Positions 8,828-16,998 of a stretch of 64,000 nt of DNA are shown one piece after another (positions within the stretch are counted from its first letter, which is position 1; the number at the start of each line of letters is the position of its first letter). The DNA comes from Nitrospira japonica. Lineage in GTDB: Bacteria > Nitrospirota > Thermodesulfovibrionia > Thermodesulfovibrionales > SM23-35. The notes beneath the pieces were generated by a model that was not told where the DNA came from, searched no databases, and saw only the letters and a list, made by a program, of their open reading frames with translations. The stretch covers positions 51,091-115,090 of the forward strand of contig DYFC01000032.1 of the NCBI GenBank assembly GCA_020725385.1, given 5' to 3'. A program made the translations under genes and the position numbers.

Positions 8828-9230
8828 TCGTGTCCGTAAAAGACAAGCTGCTAAGTTCCCAAGACACAAGTCTCCAAGCGAAGAGCAAGGAGCAGAGAGA
8901 AACTACACACACCCCTGCTCCCCTCTTTATAGAGGGGAAGTCAGGAGCCGTACCCGTTAACCGTGTCCGTAAAAACAAGATGCTCAGTTGTGAAGATACT
9001 AAGACACAAGCTAACAAGCGGCAAAGCCGACTGTTCTATGTTCAATGTTCTATGTAAAAAGCGGAGAGCAAAGAGCAATGAGCAAAGAGCTATAAAGACC
9101 ATAAAGCGTAAGGCGTAAACTGTAACAACCGTAAGGTTTAAATCAATAAACGCGTGAAATGTTAAACAGGCTGCAAAGTAACAAAGAAACCAAGAAACAA
9201 AACCATTAAGCGTAAAATGTAAAAAAATAC
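8828..9230. repeat. Composite low-complexity intergenic block with a direct repeat and heptad-periodic arrays
   Basis: CGTGTCCGTAAAA occurs at 8829-8841 and 8962-8974 with about 40 nt of similar sequence after each copy. From 9033 there are about 15 in-phase heptads: gttctat gttcaat gttctat gtaaaaa gcggaga gcaaaga gcaatga gcaaaga gctataa agaccat aaagcgt aaggcgt aaactgt... A small hairpin cccctct-ttat-agagggg sits at about 8924-8941. Confidence 0.7.
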
Positions 9231-9234
9231 TAAA

Positions 9235-9639
9235 ATGATCTCAAAGAATATCATCCTTGAAGATGACCATTATTGTTTCGTTTGCGGGAAAAATAATACT
9301 TTTGGACTACAACTTGAATTTTCACTCCATAACGGTAAAGTTATAAGTGAGTTTGTTTTAAAAAAAGCACAACAGGGCTATAAGGATATAGTTCATGGCG
9401 GCATAATATCTACAATCCTTGATGAAGCAATGGTTAAAACAGCTTTATTGCAAAATATGCCTGCTGTCACTGCAGAAATCACTATTAGATTTCGCAATCC
9501 TTTAATGGTTGATGAACCTGCATTTGTTGAGGCATTTATAGAAAAAAACAGGAAGAAAATTATCGAAACACGTTCGGAAATAAGAAAAAAAGACAACACA
9601 ATTATTGCAGAAGGTCATGCAAAATTAATCAGAATTTGA
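9235..9639 (+). CDS. PaaI-family hotdog-fold thioesterase
   Basis: 134 aa. N-terminal CFVCG, then HGGIISTILDEAM, typical of PaaI/YbgC-like thioesterases. Confidence 0.8.
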   Translation: MISKNIILEDDHYCFVCGKNNTFGLQLEFSLHNGKVISEFVLKKAQQGYKDIVHGGIISTILDEAMVKTALLQNMPAVTAEITIRFRNPLMVDEPAFVEAFIEKNRKKIIETRSEIRKKDNTIIAEGHAKLIRI

Positions 9640-10278
9640 AAGAAACAGAACAATTATATTTCTTGTAATATCGGTTAACGGTAAGGAAACAGATATAATT
9701 TTACTCCTCACATCTTTAAGTTCTTTAAGTTCTTCCCCGGTTTTTGGTCCTTTGCTCAAAACCAGAAAGCCATTTTTTTTGATTATATGAGAAGTCTTCT
9801 TTAAAAAATCCCGGGAACCGAATAGTGCCCTTGTAACAGCAACATCAACAGGTTGTTCTATGTCTTGATTGACCCTGACTTTTTCAATTCGATTCTGTAT
9901 TATACTTATGTCCTTAAGGCCGAGTTTCCATATAATGTGTTTGAGAAAAGTTATTTTTTTAAGCGTAGGCTCTATTAAAAACATCTTTATTTCAGGTCTT
10001 ACAATCTTTATAGGTATTCCAGGGAATCCGGCTCCGCTACCAATATCAGCAACCTTAATTTCCTCCCCGGGGAGTGCTTTAAGATAAAGCAATGAATCAA
10101 AAAAATGCTTGATAATTATCTCTCTGTCATCTACTATTCTGGTAAGATTATATGCTTTATTCCATTTTTTGAGTTCGCCAAGGTAAATAATAAAACTTTG
10201 TATCTGGTTTTCGGACAAAGAAAGATTTAATTCTGAAAAGCCATTTTTTAAAAGTTCAACAATATGTTCTTTATTCAT
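9625..10278 (-). CDS. rsmG: 16S rRNA (guanine527-N7)-methyltransferase RsmG
   Basis: 217 aa. WNKAYNLTRI..., SAM motif DIGSGAGFPGIPIKI. Confidence 0.9.
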   Translation of the reverse strand: MNKEHIVELLKNGFSELNLSLSENQIQSFIIYLGELKKWNKAYNLTRIVDDREIIIKHFFDSLLYLKALPGEEIKVADIGSGAGFPGIPIKIVRPEIKMFLIEPTLKKITFLKHIIWKLGLKDISIIQNRIEKVRVNQDIEQPVDVAVTRALFGSRDFLKKTSHIIKKNGFLVLSKGPKTGEELKELKDVRSKIISVSLPLTDITRNIIVLFLSNSD

Positions 10279-10318
10279 TCATTTATATAAACAAAATACA
10301 TTTCACCAGCGTCTTAAA

Positions 10319-10942
10319 CTACCTGCCTTTCATTGATTCTTTGCCTTTTCTTTTATCCCATCTGCCGGTAATTGTATTCCATACAGATAGAAACATTAAT
10401 TTTATATCGAGCCATAAGGACATTTTCTCAATATACTCCAGGTCATATTTTATTTTCAAAATCGGATCATCCTCAGGATTATAGACCTGTGCAAGTCCTG
10501 TAAGTCCGGGTCTTACGCTTAGTCTTTTCGCAAAATCAGGGATTTTGTTTTCGAGAAGTTTTTGCTCATCAATTGCAAGGGCTCTCGGTCCAACAAAACT
10601 CATATCACCCCTGAAAATACTCAATAAGCTTGGTAATTCATCAAGAGCTGTTTTCCTTAGAATTTTCCCAACTTTTGTTAATCTTGGATCATCTTCTATT
10701 GTCCATGAAGGTCCGATTTTATCAGCTCCCTTAATCATTGTCCGGAATTTATAAACAGGAAATTCTTTTCTTCCCATCCCGGCTCTTTTCTGGCCATAAA
10801 AAATGGGAAAGCCATCTTCAAGAAAAATCAGTAGCGGGATAATTATCCAGAGGGCAAGCCAGAGGGGAAATAGAATCACATGCGCTAAAATTAGAACGCT
10901 AAGATCGAATATCCGTTTGTATGAGGGAGATTTCAATTCCAT
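10319..10942 (-). CDS. Bacterial sugar transferase (polyprenyl-phosphate hexose-1-phosphate transferase family)
   Basis: KRIFDLSVLILAHVILFPLW..., YKFRTM, DELPSLLSIFRGDMSFVGPR, RPGLTGLAQV. The track ORF is extended upstream through the tRNA (MPVWWNWQTRR...). The true start is the ATG at 10942 (MELKSPSYKR). Confidence 0.85.
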   Translation of the reverse strand: MELKSPSYKRIFDLSVLILAHVILFPLWLALWIIIPLLIFLEDGFPIFYGQKRAGMGRKEFPVYKFRTMIKGADKIGPSWTIEDDPRLTKVGKILRKTALDELPSLLSIFRGDMSFVGPRALAIDEQKLLENKIPDFAKRLSVRPGLTGLAQVYNPEDDPILKIKYDLEYIEKMSLWLDIKLMFLSVWNTITGRWDKRKGKESMKGR

Positions 10943-10946
10943 TTTT

Positions 10947-11033
10947 TGGTGCCGGTGGTGGGAGTCGAACCCACACGGAGTTGCCCCCACCGGATTTTGA
11001 GTCCGGCGCGTCTGCCAATTCCACCACACCGGC
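10947..11033 (-). tRNA. tRNA-Leu (anticodon CAA), CCA encoded
   Basis: Folded by hand: acceptor GCCGGTG/CACCGGC, anticodon stem CCGGA/TCCGG with loop CTCAAAA, a long variable arm, T arm GTGGG-TTCGACT-CCCAC, discriminator A plus CCA. Confidence 0.9.
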
Positions 11034-11115
11034 AAAGAATATAAATTTTCAAAATTTTATATTTAAAACTTTGATTCGAAAATATATCTTTTAAAAAGTT
11101 TAGAACCAGTAATTG

Positions 11116-11310
11116 CTATTTTTTATGCATTCGTAAAAAGTTTGCGATCGAACGGTCGTATGTTTTCTCGTATTCTTTGTTAAAAAAACATCCCGGCAAT
11201 TCGCCCTGACGTCTATGATAAAGAATACATTCGCAACATTTACCTTTTCGTTCGCATGGTTCATATGTACATGTGCATAATTTTAAATTCTTACTCTGTA
11301 TGCATTCCAT
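11116..11310 (-). CDS. Small cysteine-rich protein of unknown function
   Basis: 64 aa, [43 protein letters not shown]... It resembles a conserved small Cys-rich DUF family; I cannot give an accession. Confidence 0.5.
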   Translation of the reverse strand: MECIQSKNLKLCTCTYEPCERKGKCCECILYHRRQGELPGCFFNKEYEKTYDRSIANFLRMHKK

Positions 11311-11385
11311 ATTTCACACCATCCAATTAATCAAGAGATTCTAAATTGTACCTTATAAATTTCGCAATTTACAATATAAAGATTT

Positions 11386-12777
11386 TTATTTTCCTATACA
11401 GAATTCACTGAAAATTTTATTAAGAATATCCTCGGTTGTTATTATTCCAACGATTTGACCTAAAGCATCCAATGCTTCTCTTAATTCAATTGATATTATT
11501 TCAAGAGGTTGATTTTCTGACAATGCTAAAGCTGCTCTTTCAAGTGCTGATACTGCCTTTTCTATTGATATTTTATGCCGTATGTTGGAAATAACAACTC
11601 CTTCTCTTTCTTCAGGCCAGTCTTTAATGCAATTTTCAAAAATTGTTTCTTTAAGCTCTTCTAACCCTATACTATTAATTGCGGATATTTTAAGAATTTT
11701 AGTTCGGTTATGTATGAATCCGGAAATGGTTTCTTCATTAATTGAAGCTGGCAAATCACACTTATTTAGAACATAAATTGTATTTTTATTTTTTACCTTT
11801 TCGATAACTTCTTTATCTTCTTTTGTTAAAGCCTGGCTGCAATCAAAAATCGCTATAACAAGGTCAGCGTTTTCAATACTTTTCAGACTTCTTCTGACGC
11901 CTTCTTTTTCAGCAGAATCTTCAACATCTCTGATTCCAGCTGTATCCATTATTCTCAAAGGGAGCCCTTTAATATTAAGGTATTCTTCAATTACATCTCT
12001 TGTTGTCCCGGGAGTTGATGTTACTATAGCTCTGTCTTTCATCAACAATGCATTCAATAAGGACGATTTTCCAACATTGGGTCTTCCTACTATAGCTGTT
12101 GCAAGACCTTCCCTGAAAAATCTGGCCTCTTCGTAAGTCTTTAGCAAATTTTTCAGTTCATTGCAGATTGCATTTGTTGATTGTAATATTTCTTCTTTTG
12201 AAGAAGTTTCAATCTCATCTTCCGGAAAATCTATATAAGCCTCAAGGTGAACGCACACTTCTGTGATTCTATTCCTGATTCGGGTAATCTTTTCGGACAA
12301 GCCGCCCTGAAGCTGCTCAAGAGCGATGCGCCTGCTTTCATCGGTCTTTGAACGAATTAGATCTATAACTGCTTCTGCCTGAGTTAAATCAATTCTGCCG
12401 TTTAAAAATGCTCTTTTTGTAAATTCCCCGGGTTCAGCGAGTCTTGCACCTGATTGAAGTACAAGATTAAGAATTCTTTTTAAGGTAATCATGCCACTAT
12501 GGCAATTTATTTCAACAACATCTTCTTTTGTATAAGAATAAGGAGCTTTCATTAAGGTTATCAGGACCTCATCAATTTTTCTTTGAGAAGAAGGGTCAAT
12601 TATAAAACCATAAATTATTCTACGGGATTTTAAACCGGAAAGGGTTTTGTTTTTAGGTGATAGGAATATTTTTTCAACGATACTTACAGCATTGCTTCCG
12701 CTTAACCTTATTATACCAATTCCACCTTCTCCAAGAGGGGTGGAAATAGCAGCTATTGTATCTTCATCAAACATCAA
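11386..12777 (-). CDS. mnmE: tRNA modification GTPase MnmE
   Basis: 463 aa. DTIAAISTP N-terminus, G domain GRPNVGKSSLLNAL, DTAGIR, C-terminal FCIGK. Confidence 0.95.
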   Translation of the reverse strand: MMFDEDTIAAISTPLGEGGIGIIRLSGSNAVSIVEKIFLSPKNKTLSGLKSRRIIYGFIIDPSSQRKIDEVLITLMKAPYSYTKEDVVEINCHSGMITLKRILNLVLQSGARLAEPGEFTKRAFLNGRIDLTQAEAVIDLIRSKTDESRRIALEQLQGGLSEKITRIRNRITEVCVHLEAYIDFPEDEIETSSKEEILQSTNAICNELKNLLKTYEEARFFREGLATAIVGRPNVGKSSLLNALLMKDRAIVTSTPGTTRDVIEEYLNIKGLPLRIMDTAGIRDVEDSAEKEGVRRSLKSIENADLVIAIFDCSQALTKEDKEVIEKVKNKNTIYVLNKCDLPASINEETISGFIHNRTKILKISAINSIGLEELKETIFENCIKDWPEEREGVVISNIRHKISIEKAVSALERAALALSENQPLEIISIELREALDALGQIVGIITTEDILNKIFSEFCIGK

Positions 12778-12807
12778 TATTTAGTATATATCAAAATGAT
12801 ATGAGTA

Positions 12808-14400
12808 TTAAGATGAGGATTCTTTTGCCATTTTCTGATTAACATATACTTGCTGTGCGATGCCAAAAATATTGTTGACGAGCCAGTACAACACAAGACC
12901 GGATGCAAAATTAAGGAAGAGAAAAGTGAAAATAACAGGCATAAACAGCATCAATCTGTTTTGCATAGGATCCATACTTGTAGGGGTCATCTTCTGTTGT
13001 ATGAGCATGGTTGCTCCCATAAGGATTGGAAGCGGTCCAACAGCAAATCCGCCTATTAATGGAAGCCACGCAGGAAGATGGCCGAATAAAGTATCCGGAG
13101 CAGAGAGGTCTTTAATCCAGAAAATAAAAGGAGCGCCTCTTAATTCAATTGAAATGAGTAGTATTTTATAAAGAGCAAAAAATACAGGGATTTGAAGCAA
13201 AATCGGCAGACAACCACCGAGCGGATTAACTTTGTGTGTTTTATAAATTTCCATCATCTCACGCTGCATTCTCTGCGGGTCTTTTTTGTATTTTTCACGA
13301 ATTTCAGCCATTCTCGGTTGAATTTCCTGAAGCTTTTTCATTGATTTCTGGCTTTTGTTAATTAAAGGTATAAATGGAATTCTCACAATAATTGTGAGTA
13401 ACACAATGGCCCATCCATAATTACCACCTATTTTATAAAGCATTTTTAATACCCAGAAAAGTGGAACAGCAAGGATTGAAAAGAACCCGAAATCAATAAT
13501 GTGTTCGAGACCTCTGTTTAAGGCTTTAAGTGTATCGTATTCTTTAGGACCGGCATAAAGCATGAAATTATTTGTTCCTGCTTTTCCTTTAAGCGCAATT
13601 ACCGGGGAATCTTTTGCTTTCCAGACTTTTACTTCATCCATTGGATTAAGCGGTACAATCGATGCAAAAAAATATTTATCTTCCTGTGCAATCCACTTAA
13701 TCTGACCTTTAAAAGTTTTTGGTTCATTTAAGTTTTTTAATGAAAATTCAAGTCTGTCAGTATCATCTTTTAAAAGAACAGGTCCAAAATGGGTAGAAGC
13801 ATCTGTTTTATCGTGGATTCCAAAATCAGTTCCAACAGTAATCCAGTATTCAGATGGCCCGGAAAGGTCATCTTTAACATCAATTTTGTAACTATCATTA
13901 TAAAAAGTAAATGTTCTTCTCACACTAAAACCTGAAGAAGCGTATTCAAAAGTTAATGAATCGGATTTCTTGTTATTGTCAAGTTTTATATTTTTACCCG
14001 TTGAACTGAAGAAAATATTTGAGAGTTCGAATTCTTCCTTTGAACCAATTCCAAGGGCAGGAATTTCGCCTGTTGATTTTAATAAAACAACGTTATTGCC
14101 TTTATTGTCTTTGTATTTTTTAAGTTCAAAATGTTTAATGGTAGCTCCTTTATTAGAAAATACCGCTGAATATAGATCAGTTTCTACTTTAATTTCTTTT
14201 TCTTCGGAAGGAATATTTTTTGGTTGTATTTCCAATAAAGTTTTTGGTTGAACCTCTGGAGTTGACTCTACAGGTTTTTGTTCGCTGGTTGAAGGTTTTT
14301 GAACCTGCTGCGGCTGTGGTTCTGGTTTAACGAAAAAGTATTGATATGCAAAAAGTATTAAAAAAGAAAGCGCAACAGCTATTAATGCTCTTTTTTCCAT
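12808..14400 (-). CDS. yidC: Membrane protein insertase YidC
   Basis: 530 aa. N-terminal TM segment, a large periplasmic domain, and a C-terminal 60-kDa IMP core (NPLGGCLPILLQIPVFFALY). Confidence 0.95.
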   Translation of the reverse strand: MEKRALIAVALSFLILFAYQYFFVKPEPQPQQVQKPSTSEQKPVESTPEVQPKTLLEIQPKNIPSEEKEIKVETDLYSAVFSNKGATIKHFELKKYKDNKGNNVVLLKSTGEIPALGIGSKEEFELSNIFFSSTGKNIKLDNNKKSDSLTFEYASSGFSVRRTFTFYNDSYKIDVKDDLSGPSEYWITVGTDFGIHDKTDASTHFGPVLLKDDTDRLEFSLKNLNEPKTFKGQIKWIAQEDKYFFASIVPLNPMDEVKVWKAKDSPVIALKGKAGTNNFMLYAGPKEYDTLKALNRGLEHIIDFGFFSILAVPLFWVLKMLYKIGGNYGWAIVLLTIIVRIPFIPLINKSQKSMKKLQEIQPRMAEIREKYKKDPQRMQREMMEIYKTHKVNPLGGCLPILLQIPVFFALYKILLISIELRGAPFIFWIKDLSAPDTLFGHLPAWLPLIGGFAVGPLPILMGATMLIQQKMTPTSMDPMQNRLMLFMPVIFTFLFLNFASGLVLYWLVNNIFGIAQQVYVNQKMAKESSS

Positions 14401-14403
14401 AGT

Positions 14404-14613
14404 TTATTTAACAGGGTCATACCCGCCGGGATGGAACGGGTGACACCTTAATATCCTCCTCAGAGATAGAAAAATTCCTTTAAAAGCTCCATACTTCCGA
14501 ATAGCCTCTATAGAATATTGCGAGCACGAAGGAAAAAAACGACAGCTTGAAGGAAAAATCGGAGATATACAATATCTATAACATTTAATCAGCAGTATTA
14601 AAAATGCCTTCAT
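14404..14613 (-). CDS. yidD: Membrane protein insertion efficiency factor YidD
   Basis: 69 aa. [27 protein letters not shown]...[12 protein letters not shown]. Confidence 0.95.
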   Translation of the reverse strand: MKAFLILLIKCYRYCISPIFPSSCRFFPSCSQYSIEAIRKYGAFKGIFLSLRRILRCHPFHPGGYDPVK

Positions 14614-14944
14614 CTTTAAACCTTAACAGAGCCATCTTAATGTCATTAATAAAATCATTGAGTGTGCCTTCCGGAGCTAATTTCCGGGCGACAATAACAA
14701 TATCACATGGCACCGGAATTTCTTTTGTCAAAGCTCTCAGGGATTCCCTCAGAAGGCGCTTTAATCTGTTTCTTACAACTGCTTTGCCGATTTTTTTCCC
14801 AACAGCAAGTCCCAAACGGCTAAAATTCAGGCTATTCGGCATCGCATAAATTACGAGATATTTTGAACTTTGATTTTTGCCTTTCTTAAATACTAAATCA
14901 AAGTCCCGTCTTTTCGTTAAGGTTCTTAATGACTGCTGATTCAT
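14585..14944 (-). CDS. rnpA: Ribonuclease P protein component
   Basis: 119 aa. [25 protein letters not shown]. Confidence 0.9.
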   Translation of the reverse strand: MNQQSLRTLTKRRDFDLVFKKGKNQSSKYLVIYAMPNSLNFSRLGLAVGKKIGKAVVRNRLKRLLRESLRALTKEIPVPCDIVIVARKLAPEGTLNDFINDIKMALLRFKDEGIFNTAD

Positions 14945-15084
14945 CAGACAGTCAGTCTCTTGCGTCCTTTGTCCCTTCTTCTTTTGAGAACCTTGCGACC
15001 GCCTGAAGAGCTCATTCTCTCCAAAAAGCCGTGTGTCTTTTTCCTTTTACGGTTATGTGGATGATATGTTGTATATGTTGCCAT
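14944..15084 (-). CDS. rpmH: 50S ribosomal protein L34
   Basis: Below the ORF-track size cutoff. Hand translation gives [46 protein letters not shown]. Its stop overlaps the rnpA ATG by 1 nt. Confidence 0.95.
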   Translation of the reverse strand: MATYTTYHPHNRKRKKTHGFLERMSSSGGRKVLKRRRDKGRKRLTV

Positions 15085-15098
15085 AATTCAGAATTAAT

Positions 15099-15128
15099 AT
15101 TTTAGTTTTTTCTTGAAAATAAAGTCAA
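15099..15128 (-). promoter_or_regulatory. Candidate promoter for rpmH-rnpA-yidD-yidC
   Basis: On the minus strand: TTGACT (15123-15128), 18-nt spacer, TAAAAT (15099-15104), 14 nt before the rpmH ATG. Confidence 0.4.
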
Positions 15129-15141
15129 GGTTGTTTAAGAT
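15113..15141 (+). promoter_or_regulatory. Candidate promoter for queF; the -10 lies only 6 nt before the ATG
   Basis: TTGAAA (15113-15118), 17-nt spacer, TAAGAT (15136-15141), ATG at 15148. No SD is visible. Confidence 0.3.
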
Positions 15142-15147
15142 GATTAT

Positions 15148-15525
15148 ATGAAATATGGTGAAAAGGCGATTAAAAAAGCTGAACTTGAAATATGGAATAA
15201 TCCTGAACCCGAACGCGATTATGAAATAAATATTTCTTTTTCTGAATTTACCTGTCTTTGTCCACGTTCAGGTTATCCTGATTTTGCAACAATAAAAATC
15301 ACTTATATTCCTGACAAAAAGATTGTAGAGTTGAAATCACTAAAACTCTATCTTAATTCGTATCGTGATATTCATATATCTCATGAGGAAGTTACCAATA
15401 GAATTTACACTGAATTAGAGAAGAAACTCAAACCAAGATTTCTTGAAGTTATAGGAGATTTTAACCCGAGGGGTAATGTAAAGACTATCGTGAAAGTATG
15501 TTCGGATTTAAAAAGACTTAAATGA
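15148..15525 (+). CDS. queF: NADPH-dependent 7-cyano-7-deazaguanine reductase QueF (unimodular type)
   Basis: 125 aa. [41 protein letters not shown] carries the QueF motif and the catalytic Cys. Confidence 0.92.
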   Translation: MKYGEKAIKKAELEIWNNPEPERDYEINISFSEFTCLCPRSGYPDFATIKITYIPDKKIVELKSLKLYLNSYRDIHISHEEVTNRIYTELEKKLKPRFLEVIGDFNPRGNVKTIVKVCSDLKRLK

Positions 15526-15526
15526 A

Positions 15527-16144
15527 CTATGCAGCTTTTGCTCTTTCAATGAATAATTTTAGTTTCTTTAAATCTTTCTTGCCTTTTTCAGCTTCAACAC
15601 CACCACTTACATCAACGCCATAAGGTCTTACATGTCTAACTGCTTCGGAAATATTTTCAGGAGTCAAACCTCCTGCAAGGATAATATTTCCAAATTTTTT
15701 TGCTTCAACAGCTATATCCCAGTTGAAAATCTTGCCTGTACCGCCAAGTGAATCCGGTGAATATGCATCAAGCAAGAAAGCAGAAACATTGTCTTTATAA
15801 TTAATTAGAGGTTCGAGACTCTGAAGGGATTTAATTCTAATGACTTTTACTATTTGCCTTGAAAAAGTGCTCAGTTTTGCAATTTCCTGTTCATAAATCT
15901 GTACAGCATCTATCCTGACACTTGATACAACTTCTTCAATCTGCGCCGGGCTCTGGTCAACAAAAACACCAATTGTAGTTACAAAAGGAGGAAGTTTTTT
16001 AATAATTAATTCAGCATCTTTATAGGAAATCCAGCGGGGGCTCTTTTCGAAGAACACAAAACCAATTGCATCAGCTCCGGAATCTATTGCTGCAAGGGCA
16101 TCATCAAGATTAGTAATGCCGCATATTTTAACTCTTACTGCCAC
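15527..16144 (-). CDS. trpF: Phosphoribosylanthranilate isomerase
   Basis: 205 aa. VKICGITN...DAIGFVF...SPR...GLTPENI. Confidence 0.9.
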   Translation of the reverse strand: MAVRVKICGITNLDDALAAIDSGADAIGFVFFEKSPRWISYKDAELIIKKLPPFVTTIGVFVDQSPAQIEEVVSSVRIDAVQIYEQEIAKLSTFSRQIVKVIRIKSLQSLEPLINYKDNVSAFLLDAYSPDSLGGTGKIFNWDIAVEAKKFGNIILAGGLTPENISEAVRHVRPYGVDVSGGVEAEKGKKDLKKLKLFIERAKAA

Positions 16145-16155
16145 GTATTATTTTA

Positions 16156-16941
16156 TCATAATCTCCCTTTTAGCTCATCAATTTTTTTACCAATATCGGG
16201 GGATTCCATAAATGCTGTGCCAATAAGCATTGCATCTATGCCATATTCCTGAAGCCTCTCTACATCCCTGTAATTTTTTATACCGCTTTCACTCACAACA
16301 ATTCTCTCAGGCGGGATTTCTTTTTTCAGTTCAAAAGTTGTATTAATATCTATTTGTAAAGTCTTCAGATTTCTGTTATTAATTCCAATAATCTGGCAAT
16401 CGATATGAAGGGCAACCTCGAGTTCCTTAAAATCATGCACTTCAAATAGAACCGATAGCCCGAGTTCTTTTGAAAGATGAATGTATTCGGAAGCCTGACT
16501 TTTTTCGAGTAGTCCGGCTATAAGTAATATTGCATCAGCCTGATATGCCCTTGCTTCATATATCTGATATTCATCAAAGATAAAATCCTTTCTTAAAACA
16601 GGCCTTGTTAAAATATTTTTAACTTCAGGAATAAATAATAAGTTTCCCTGAAAATAATCTTCTTCAGTAAGCACGGAAACTGCATCAACGGCTTTTTCTT
16701 CATAGATTTCTGCTATCTTCAGAGGATCAAAATCTTTCCGTATAATCCCTTTCGACGGGGAAGCCTTTTTTATCTCTGCGATAAGTTTTATATTATCCGA
16801 ATTTCGTTTAATTGTACTACTAAAGTCCAGAGGATTCTTAATATCAGCTATTTTTTCTTTCAGGTGGTAAAGAGGTGTTTTGTATTTTGTCTGTATAAGC
16901 CTTTCCTTTTTTCTATCGACAATTGTTTTTAAAATAGACAT
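16156..16941 (-). CDS. trpC: Indole-3-glycerol phosphate synthase
   Basis: 261 aa. IAEIKKASPSKG, VLTEEDYFQG, RKDFI, IGINNRNL. Confidence 0.93.
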   Translation of the reverse strand: MSILKTIVDRKKERLIQTKYKTPLYHLKEKIADIKNPLDFSSTIKRNSDNIKLIAEIKKASPSKGIIRKDFDPLKIAEIYEEKAVDAVSVLTEEDYFQGNLLFIPEVKNILTRPVLRKDFIFDEYQIYEARAYQADAILLIAGLLEKSQASEYIHLSKELGLSVLFEVHDFKELEVALHIDCQIIGINNRNLKTLQIDINTTFELKKEIPPERIVVSESGIKNYRDVERLQEYGIDAMLIGTAFMESPDIGKKIDELKGRL

Positions 16942-16998
16942 AGAAAATTTTAAAGCTTATACATTTGCTTTTTCAAGCTATCCATATCGAATCTTCGA

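Noticed and set aside
8924-8941. Hairpin cccctct-ttat-agagggg as the rho terminator.
   Set aside because: It has no adjacent U-tract on either strand and is embedded in the repeat block, so it is recorded only as part of the repeat feature.
8772-9057. ORFs of 75 and 81 aa in the post-rho region.
   Set aside because: They lie entirely in heptad and low-complexity repeat DNA on both strands, with no SD and repeat-driven composition.
10943-11035. N-terminal extension of the sugar transferase ORF (MPVWWNWQTRRTQNPVGATPCGFDSHHRHQK).
   Set aside because: It is the antisense-frame translation of tRNA-Leu. The real start is the internal ATG at 10942.
15085-15147. A preQ1 riboswitch upstream of queF, or a DnaA-box cluster (oriC) next to rpmH.
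   Set aside because: The spacer is only 63 nt and is fully accounted for by two overlapping promoters. There is no preQ1-type hairpin with an A-rich tail and no TTATCCACA-like boxes.
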